Shown here one piece after another: positions 1 to 6,338 of a stretch of 10,475 bases of DNA; within the stretch, counting starts at the first letter, position 1, and each line of letters starts with the position of its first letter. Under the pieces are notes generated by a model. That model did not search any database. It worked only from the letters and a program-made list of their open reading frames with translations, and was not told the origin of the DNA. This stretch comes from Armatimonadota bacterium (GTDB lineage Bacteria; Sysuimicrobiota; Sysuimicrobiia; Sysuimicrobiales; Humicultoraceae). The position numbers and the translations under genes were made by a program. Location: contig JBQTJP010000038.1 of NCBI GenBank assembly GCA_052386995.1, forward strand, positions 1-10,475, written 5' to 3'.

Positions 1-2
1 GC

Positions 3-338
3 TGCTACCATGAGGAGACGTTCGGTCCGGTCGTCGCCGTCACGCCGGTGAAAAACGCCGAGGAGGCGATCCGCCTGGCGAACGACACAACCTACGGCCT
101 GTCGGCCGGGATCATCACGGGCGACCCGGATCGAGGCATGGCACTCGCGGAGCGGATTCAGACCGGGATGGTGCACGTGAACGACTCCCCGGTGCACGAC
201 GAGCCGCAGGCACCCTTCGGGGGAATCAAAGGCTCGGGGATGGGCCGCCACGGCGGCAAAGCGGCCATCGAAGCCTTCACGGAGCAGCGCTGGGTGAGCC
301 TCCAGACCGAGCGCCGCCGCTACGCGTTTGATCATTAG
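3..338 (+). CDS. Aldehyde dehydrogenase family protein, C-terminal part (5' truncated by window edge)
   Basis: Frame is open from position 3: CYHEETFGPVVAVTPVKNAEEAIRLAN...YGLSAG...GMVHVN...PFGGIKGSGMGRHGG. EETFGP, YGL and PFGGxKxSG are standard ALDH C-terminal motifs. Stop TAG at 336-338. Confidence 0.95.
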   Translation, partial: CYHEETFGPVVAVTPVKNAEEAIRLANDTTYGLSAGIITGDPDRGMALAERIQTGMVHVNDSPVHDEPQAPFGGIKGSGMGRHGGKAAIEAFTEQRWVSLQTERRRYAFDH

Positions 339-460
339 GCGGCGGCTGGTACAGCGTGGGTTATGCAGGTCGGCCTAGTACGGCGACGAGTGATGCGGCT
401 CGCGCGCGAATTCCCAAGAGCGGCGAGGGGATGGGGGCGGGCCATACGCCTGCTCTCGTA

Positions 461-525
461 GATGTTAGGCTGCGATGATCGCTATGTTTGCTGTGTTAGA
501 CAGGTCCGCCTAATTCTTGTTAGAG
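461..525 (+). other. Putative attI-like or degenerate integron recombination site at the left end of the cassette array
   Basis: Direct core-like motifs GTTAGGC (464-470) and GTTAGAC (495-501), then inverted GCCTAAT (508-514), TCTT, and core GTTAGAG (519-525). The layout (upstream direct repeats plus an inverted pair at the crossover) resembles attI. No integrase gene is adjacent. Confidence 0.35.
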
Positions 526-994
526 CGCTCTACGGAGGAACCGCCATGGCTCAACAGGAATCGGTCTCCGTCGAGACATTGAAAGCAATCGCCGATGCGT
601 TCAATGCCCACGATCTGGACGCGATCATCGAGTTCTTTGCCGATGATTGCTCGCTGGACATGCCCCGGGGGCCGGACCCCTGGGGGCGGCGCTTTACGGG
701 CAAAGCGGCCGTGCGAGAGGGATTAGCGACACGCTTCAAGGGCCTCCCAGACGTCCACTACAGTGATGACCAGCACTGGGTCAGCGGCAATATGGGCGTG
801 TCGGAGTGGCTGCTGACCGGCACGACACCCGACGGAGTCCGAGTTCAAGTACGTGGATGCGATCACTGGGAGTTCCGGAACGGGAAGGTAATCAGGAAGG
901 ACTCATATTGGAAGATCGTTGAGAAGCCCGTATGAGATGACCGCTCTAACCCTGGGTGGAGCCGACGCGCTATCGCGCGCGGCTCACCCAGGCG
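520..994 (+). mobile_element. Integron gene cassette carrying the SnoaL/NTF2-like gene
   Basis: Left core GTTAGAGCG (519-527) is the exact reverse complement of CGCTCTAAC (942-950) at the start of the downstream attC. The unit holds a single ORF with a short leader containing an RBS, and the stop codon lies 8 nt before R''. Confidence 0.85.
546..935 (+). CDS. SnoaL-like / nuclear transport factor 2 (NTF2) family protein, 129 aa
   Basis: RBS GGAGG at 534-538 and ATG at 546. Sequence AFNAHDLDAIIEFFADD...GKAAVREG...SEWLLTGT...VRGCDHWEFRNGKVIRKDSYWK matches the SnoaL-like fold pattern. Confidence 0.9.
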   Translation: MAQQESVSVETLKAIADAFNAHDLDAIIEFFADDCSLDMPRGPDPWGRRFTGKAAVREGLATRFKGLPDVHYSDDQHWVSGNMGVSEWLLTGTTPDGVRVQVRGCDHWEFRNGKVIRKDSYWKIVEKPV

Positions 995-1000
995 TTAGGC
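944..1000 (+). mobile_element. attC site (59-base element), 57 bp
   Basis: R'' CTCTAAC (944-950), 5-nt spacer CCTGG, L'' GTGGAGCC (956-963), G-A-CGCGC, loop TATC, GCGCGC, L' GGCTCAC (981-987), 6-nt spacer CCAGGC, R' GTTAGGC (994-1000). It has the canonical 5/6 spacers, 8/7 L boxes and two extrahelical bases (G958 or G959, and A965). Confidence 0.92.
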
Positions 1001-1041
1001 GGCACGTGTTCATGGAGTCGCATCGTGACAAGGAGTCGGCG

Positions 1042-1620
1042 ATGAAGCTCACTATCCGAGAACTTACACCCGATCTGTGGCCTGCGCTCGAGGACCTTTT
1101 CGGTGAGAAGGGTGCCTGCAACGGCTGTTGGTGCATGTATTGGCGAATCGGAAGCGCCTATCGCAAGAGGCCGCGCGATGCAAATAAGGCGGCATTTCGA
1201 AAGGTAGTGAAGGACGGTCCACCTCCAGGCTTACTCGCCTTCGACGGCGATGTTGCTGTGGGTTGGTGCCAGCTTACACCCCGCGACGCCTTGCCGTGGC
1301 TTGATCGCACGTGGCGACTCGGGCGCGTCGACGCCGTGCCAGTCTGGTCGCTCTCTTGCTTCTACGTGCGCAAGGGCTATCGCAAGCGGGGCGTTACGTC
1401 TGCTTTGATTGCCGCGGCTTTAAGGGCCGCCAAGCGCGCAGGAGCGCCAGCGCTTGAGGCCTATCCTCTTGATGCGAACCTTACGCCGAGCGCATCCGGC
1501 ACTGGTTATGTTTCAACCTTCGTGCGCGCCGGATTCAAGATCGTTGCTCATCGCGTACCACCTCGTCCGATCATGCGCTATTATCTTGAGCCGGCGGACG
1601 AGGAGCCTAGGACGCACTGA
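1042..1620 (+). CDS. GNAT family N-acetyltransferase, 192 aa (probable second gene cassette starting at 995)
   Basis: RBS AAGGAG at 1030-1035 and ATG at 1042. Motifs include GCWCMYWR, GLLAFDGDVAVGWCQ, the acetyl-CoA-binding motif A region CFYVRKGYRKRGVTSAL, and EAYP...FVRAGF. The gene starts just after the attC R' core. Confidence 0.9.
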   Translation: MKLTIRELTPDLWPALEDLFGEKGACNGCWCMYWRIGSAYRKRPRDANKAAFRKVVKDGPPPGLLAFDGDVAVGWCQLTPRDALPWLDRTWRLGRVDAVPVWSLSCFYVRKGYRKRGVTSALIAAALRAAKRAGAPALEAYPLDANLTPSASGTGYVSTFVRAGFKIVAHRVPPRPIMRYYLEPADEEPRTH

Positions 1621-1909
1621 TTTCACGATTGTTCGGGAAAGCCCCTGGTGTAGGAGGTTCACAAGGACCAGAAAGAGGGAGAGAGCGCTGAATGCAAGCT
1701 TCGAGAGATCCAGTCGAAGATGTGGCTTGATGAAGGTCCGACTGGCTCTTTGGCGGAGTTGGGTCTCAGGAATGCCTGGAGCCTCCGAACTACAGCCTGA
1801 TGCGGCGTGACGGGTAATCGCGCCGCGCATCGTGGAGGAGGGAAGATGACGCGTATCGCGTTTGTGGCTAGGCCGCAGTAAGCGGCCCCATGGTGGCCCC
1901 GCTCGCCGG

Positions 1910-4900
1910 CTAGGCGCCCGGCGGTGAACCAGCGAGTGCCGCCTGCGCTTCGTCGGCCCAGCCCGGGGCCCTCGTCTCCTCAAAGAGACTCAGCGCACGC
2001 CGAACGAGTCTTTGGCCTTCCGCGGGATCGCTGCGCAACTTGAAGCGTCCATATGCCAGCAACGTCTGCCCCAGTTCCGGCGGGGACTGGATCTCGTCGA
2101 GGATCTGCACGCTGCGGCGGTACGCGGTTTCGGCCTCCCGCGGATCGTTCAGCGCCTCGTAGACCTGTCCCAGGATCCGGTTGGCCGCGCCCTGTTCAAG
2201 CCGGTAGCCGCTCTGTTCCGCGAACGTCAGGGCTTTGCGCGCCAGTTCAAGCGACTCCGCCGGCTCACTGAGAGCCAGGTGGAGCTGCGCCAGCCCAATG
2301 TGAAGATATGTCATCGGCCACGAGTACATGCGCCGTGCCTGAGCCTCGCTGCGGGCGCGACCGAGGACGCGCCGCGCTTCCTCGGGCCTCCCAAGCTTCA
2401 GGTGCGCTATGCCGAGCCAGGACGAGATCCAGACGAAGACGTTCCACTCCCCGATCTCCCAGGCGACGGGCAGACCCTCCTCGGCCGCCTGCACGACCTG
2501 CTCCCACAACCCCTTATACATGTAGGGCTCTGCGACCATTGCACGCCACGCTCGGAGCCGGGCATCAGCCAGCGTCTGACCGATCGCATGACCCCGCGCG
2601 GCGTAGTCAAGCGCGTCATCGAGCCTCCCGGCACGCGCGCAGTAACATCGCGCGAGCGACGCCATGGCGAACGCCTGGCCATAGAGGTCGCCGGCGGCCT
2701 CGTCAACTTCGATCGTCCGGCGGACGTACCGGAGGGCCTCTTCGTATTGCCCCACAGCGCCTAGTTGGACACCGTGCGCGAATAGGGTGAAGGCCAGCGC
2801 CCCGGCATCGCCCGACGCTTCCGCCCGGGCTATCGCCTGCATACCGAGTGCCTGGTCACTCAGATTCATTGCCGTCGCTGCTTCCAAGCGCGCCTGACTT
2901 GGGGCATCTTTACGCTCCGCCGCGGCGCGCAGCGCCGTATCGATGTGTCGAATCTCTTCTTCCCGGTCGGCCTCGGCGCGGATCGAGCCCGGCAAATTGG
3001 CCAGGGCGAGGACCGCGGCGATGTACTCCTGTTGCCGCTGGTCCGTCACGGGAAGGCGCTCAAAGAGCTCCAGGGCCTGCCAGTAGTGAGCGATCGCCTC
3101 GGGGCGCGCATAGAGGCGGGCGGCCCGCCCGGCAGCGCGCAGCGTGTGCGCGAGCGCCTGCTCCCACTCCTCGGCCTGGAGCCAGTGATGCGCGAGGAGG
3201 GCGGCGTGCTCATCGGGCGACTCCGGCCATTCCTTCTCGAGGAACGCGGCCACCTTACGGTGGAGATCCTTCCGCTGGTTCTTGAGGATGCTCGCGTAGG
3301 CAGATTCCTGCGTCAGCGCGTGTTTGAACACGTATTCCGGCTCTGGCAAGCGGGCGCGCTCCAAGATTAACTCGGCGCGGAGCAGAGATGCCAGTGAGGG
3401 ATCGAGTATATTGTCTCCGTTGAGGAGGCTCCTCAGGATCCGGTAGGTGAAGGTGCGGCCGACCACGCTCGCATGTTGGACCACAACCTTCGCGGCCGCC
3501 GGCAGGCGGTCAATCCGGGCGGCAATGAGTCCCCGCAGCGTGCTGGGGATCGCGAATCGTGCTGCGTCCACTGCGGCGATCCACCGATTCCCTTCGTGGC
3601 GGAGCACCTGCTGTTCGATGAGCGACCTTATGATTTCCTCGACGAAGAACGGATTGCCTTCGGACCGGTCGAGGATCAATTTCCGCAGCCGGCCCGGGAG
3701 ATCGGAGACGTGCAGCAGGTTGCTGACGAGGCTCTCGGAGTCGTCTTGTGCCAGCGGCGCAAGCTGGATCTCGGTGAGCCGGTGCGGGAAGTTGCGCTGC
3801 GCATGGAAACGCAGATCCCATGCCTTTCCCTCGGTGTCAGGCCGGCACGTGACCAGGATCATGAGGGGGAGGAAGTCCGTCAACTCCATGAGCACGGTGA
3901 CCAATTCGATGGACGCCGCATCCGCCCAGTGGATGTCCTCAAACGCGACAATGACGGGCGTGCGGCCCGCGAGGCCCTCCAGCACCGCCCGCACGGTCAC
4001 CACGATCTGCGTGTGGAACGCCTGAGGGTCTGTTGGAAGGGATGCCTGACCTTCCGGCTCCAGCTCGATGCCCAGCAACTGTGCGACAACGGGGCTCAAG
4101 TCCTGCGAGCGCGCTCCCAAGAGCGATTGCAGCGCCGCCCGGAGCTTGATCCGGGCCACCGCCTGAGGTTCGGCACCCCGCAGCCGCAGCACGGAGTTCA
4201 GGATTTGGACAAAAGGGCCATAGCTGGACGGCTGCGTATGGGCGTAACAGCGTCCTTCAAGCCACAGCAGCCCCTTGGGGAGATTCTCGCGAAGCTCGAT
4301 CTTGAGACGGGACTTGCCCAACCCCGCCTCCCCGACGACAGAGATGATCTGTCCCCTGCCCCGACCAAGCTCTTCAGGGCAGCGGTGGAGTGTTTCGAGT
4401 TCGTGATCTCGCCCCACGACGGGCGAGGACAGGCCGGGTATCCCGCGGGGCCGGCTGTCGATCTCCCGAAGCCCGGTCACGCTGTACGCCGTGACCGGTT
4501 TGGGGAAGCCCTTCAAGAGCAGGGGCGGCATCGGCTGGGCCTCGACAAGGGGCGCGAGCAGGCGGTGTGTTTCTTCGCTGATGACGATGCCCTGGGCCGC
4601 TGTCTGGAGGCGGGCCGCCAGGTTCGCGACGTCACCCGTCACCGCGAACTCGCGCGTCGGCTCTGTCGCGGCCACCGCCTCGCCCGTGGCGACACCGATG
4701 CGCATCTGGAGCCGTGTCTGATAGTCCTCTTCGAACGTCGGATTGAGTTGGTCGAGGCTCTCGCGCATCGCCAGCGCCGCGCGCACCGCGCGTTCCGCGT
4801 CATCCTCATGAACCCGCGGAACGCCGAAGACGGCCATGATCGCGTCGCCGGCATACTTCTCAACCGTGCCGCCGAAAACGCGCACCTCATGCGCCATCTC

Positions 4901-5032
4901 CTCAAAGAATGCGGAGAGCAGGCCGCGGAGTGGCTCAGGGTCGTACCGAACAGAGAGTTCGGTTGAGCCCGCCAGGTCAGCAAAGAGCACCGTGACGAGC
5001 TTCCGCTCTTCGCGCGCCGCCGGGGGCGTCAC
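1910..5032 (-). CDS. Class III adenylate/guanylate cyclase fused to a STAND/AAA-type ATPase and TPR-like helical repeats, 1040 aa
   Basis: Cyclase motifs VLFADLAGST, EKYAGDAIMAVFG, RIGVATGE and GDVANLAARLQ. Walker A GEAGLGKS, Walker B AFEDIHWAD, and SEGNPFFVEE. The C-terminus is Ala/Leu-rich helical repeats. GTG start preceded by AAGGA. Confidence 0.93.
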   Translation of the reverse strand: MTPPAAREERKLVTVLFADLAGSTELSVRYDPEPLRGLLSAFFEEMAHEVRVFGGTVEKYAGDAIMAVFGVPRVHEDDAERAVRAALAMRESLDQLNPTFEEDYQTRLQMRIGVATGEAVAATEPTREFAVTGDVANLAARLQTAAQGIVISEETHRLLAPLVEAQPMPPLLLKGFPKPVTAYSVTGLREIDSRPRGIPGLSSPVVGRDHELETLHRCPEELGRGRGQIISVVGEAGLGKSRLKIELRENLPKGLLWLEGRCYAHTQPSSYGPFVQILNSVLRLRGAEPQAVARIKLRAALQSLLGARSQDLSPVVAQLLGIELEPEGQASLPTDPQAFHTQIVVTVRAVLEGLAGRTPVIVAFEDIHWADAASIELVTVLMELTDFLPLMILVTCRPDTEGKAWDLRFHAQRNFPHRLTEIQLAPLAQDDSESLVSNLLHVSDLPGRLRKLILDRSEGNPFFVEEIIRSLIEQQVLRHEGNRWIAAVDAARFAIPSTLRGLIAARIDRLPAAAKVVVQHASVVGRTFTYRILRSLLNGDNILDPSLASLLRAELILERARLPEPEYVFKHALTQESAYASILKNQRKDLHRKVAAFLEKEWPESPDEHAALLAHHWLQAEEWEQALAHTLRAAGRAARLYARPEAIAHYWQALELFERLPVTDQRQQEYIAAVLALANLPGSIRAEADREEEIRHIDTALRAAAERKDAPSQARLEAATAMNLSDQALGMQAIARAEASGDAGALAFTLFAHGVQLGAVGQYEEALRYVRRTIEVDEAAGDLYGQAFAMASLARCYCARAGRLDDALDYAARGHAIGQTLADARLRAWRAMVAEPYMYKGLWEQVVQAAEEGLPVAWEIGEWNVFVWISSWLGIAHLKLGRPEEARRVLGRARSEAQARRMYSWPMTYLHIGLAQLHLALSEPAESLELARKALTFAEQSGYRLEQGAANRILGQVYEALNDPREAETAYRRSVQILDEIQSPPELGQTLLAYGRFKLRSDPAEGQRLVRRALSLFEETRAPGWADEAQAALAGSPPGA

Positions 5033-5085
5033 GGCTGTCCTTGCCTTATCCCTAGCGCCGCTGGGACACCTTCGCGCGTCCCGCG

Positions 5086-6120
5086 TCAGCGCGTCGCTTC
5101 AGCGCGTGTTCGAGCAGCGGACTCCGGGGCATCTTCCAGGTAGACCACCGCGTTGTACCCCAGCAGCTTGAAGAGACGGTTCTGCGCCGACAACAGCACG
5201 AGGGGCGTCTGTGGATCGGCGTTGAAGTGCTGGTGGACCGTGTTGTGGGGCACGTAGAGCAGGTCGCCAGGGCCGAATTCCCACCGAGTGGACTCCTTCG
5301 CCACGCGAGCCGCGTAGCGCTCCCCGATCTCGGCCTCCACATCCCAGTGCAGGCTGTATCCACGCCCCGACATGACGTAGAGCGCCTCGTCCGCCATATG
5401 CCAGTGCTTCGCCGAACGACTTCCTCCTGGAATCTCCTGCTGGTAGACATCGACGCTGAACACGCGCACGTCGGTGCGCTCGGGGGATGTGAGCACGCGC
5501 ACCCGGCCGTCCCGGCTTGTCTCCCATCGCGTGTCGGAAGGTTTGACGACCTTCTTCCGCTCTGTCACACCGGGCGTCCACAGGCGTGACCAGTCCTCCG
5601 GCGGCCCGTAGCGGGCTCCGTCCTCGACCGGCCCACCCCTGCCCTGTTGAATGAGGCCCAGGTACATCCAGGCGGCCTTGGCCTTCATGACCAGTGCCAC
5701 GGCCCGCTGGTTGGGATCAGCGTTGAAGTGCCGGTGCACGGAGTCGTTGTGGACCACCACCAGGTCGTCCTTCTCCCAGTCGTACCGCTGGCTGTCGTGG
5801 ATCTCGTAGCCTCGGCCTTCCAGAATGTAGAAGGTCGCCTCGTTCTGGTGGCCGTGCCCCCGGTTCGATCCACCCGGAAACAGCTCCACGAAATGCATCT
5901 GGATGGTCTGCGTCAGGAAGGGGTCATCTCCAGGCCCGAGGATCCACCAGGTGCGCGACTGCGACGAATCGCCCGAGTGGGCGACGCTCGCATCGTCCAC
6001 GACGGTTCCGGCCGGGCGAACGCGGGGCGCCGCGCGCTGCCGCTGCCGGAACTCCGAAAGACCATAGTGCTCGGAAGTGATTCCCCGAAGAAACACGCGC
6101 CCTTCAATGTCACCCACCAC
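5086..6120 (-). CDS. Bicupin metalloprotein, distantly gentisate-1,2-dioxygenase-like, substrate unknown
   Basis: Two cupin domains: GHGHQNEATFYILEGRG...VHRHFNAD and KHWHMADEALYVMSGRG...PHNTVHQHFNAD. Strong RBS AGGAGG just before GTG GTG, so the start is 6120 or 6117. Confidence 0.88.
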   Translation of the reverse strand: MVGDIEGRVFLRGITSEHYGLSEFRQRQRAAPRVRPAGTVVDDASVAHSGDSSQSRTWWILGPGDDPFLTQTIQMHFVELFPGGSNRGHGHQNEATFYILEGRGYEIHDSQRYDWEKDDLVVVHNDSVHRHFNADPNQRAVALVMKAKAAWMYLGLIQQGRGGPVEDGARYGPPEDWSRLWTPGVTERKKVVKPSDTRWETSRDGRVRVLTSPERTDVRVFSVDVYQQEIPGGSRSAKHWHMADEALYVMSGRGYSLHWDVEAEIGERYAARVAKESTRWEFGPGDLLYVPHNTVHQHFNADPQTPLVLLSAQNRLFKLLGYNAVVYLEDAPESAARTRAEATR

Positions 6121-6165
6121 GCCACCTCCTGGAGAGCCCCGGTGCGAGATGTCTTTGTGAGAAGT

Positions 6166-6174
6166 ACTTTACCA
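6166..6174 (-). promoter_or_regulatory. Candidate extended -10 promoter (TGgTAAAGT) for the cupin-cyclase unit
   Basis: Minus strand reads TGGTAAAGT in an AT-rich patch ~45 nt upstream of the cupin start. No clear -35 box. Confidence 0.4.
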
Positions 6175-6320
6175 TGATTAGCCAGACCTTCGCGCGAAGG
6201 AGAACCTCAGTCTGGCCTGGGGCGACGTGTCAGTGGCGGTATGGTTCGCCCCCGTGCCGAGTCCTCGGCGGGCAGGATTTCCTGCGCGCCCGGCGAAGGC
6301 CAGTTCTACTGGCTGAATTG

Positions 6321-6338
6321 TGTTCGAGGCGCCGAACA
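6321..6338. promoter_or_regulatory. Candidate IclR-family operator, TGTTCG-N6-CGAACA
   Basis: Perfect 6-bp inverted repeat covering the RBS-like GAGG (6326-6329) and the first base of ATG 6338. Half-sites resemble PcaR/PcaU-type GTTCG boxes. Confidence 0.5.

Noticed and set aside
427..441. G-rich run GGGGATGGGGGCGGG as a G-quadruplex
   Set aside because: Only three runs of three or more G, and no other support.
919..1041. ORF-track N-terminal extension of the GNAT (233 aa)
   Set aside because: It overlaps the SnoaL end and runs through the attC. ATG 1042 has a good RBS and begins the recognisable domain. Kept only as a possible coupling frame.
1799..1887. Hairpins at ~1799-1831 and GGCCGC-AGTAA-GCGGCC (1871-1887) as terminators between convergent genes
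   Set aside because: No U-tract on either strand, and short GC stems are expected by chance at this composition.
1454..1983. ORFs 1454..1810 (+) and 1513..1983 (-)
   Set aside because: Both overlap the GNAT gene (the minus one also the cyclase end), have Arg/Ser-rich non-protein-like composition, and show no motifs.
3473..4966. 497-aa plus-strand ORF, plus other long ORFs opposite the cyclase
   Set aside because: Antisense shadows of a high-GC gene with no recognisable motifs.
1910..5032. Pycsar/CBASS-type anti-phage system
   Set aside because: No adjacent cNMP-binding TIR or membrane effector. The neighbours are metabolic and the architecture matches the common cyclase-ATPase-TPR family.
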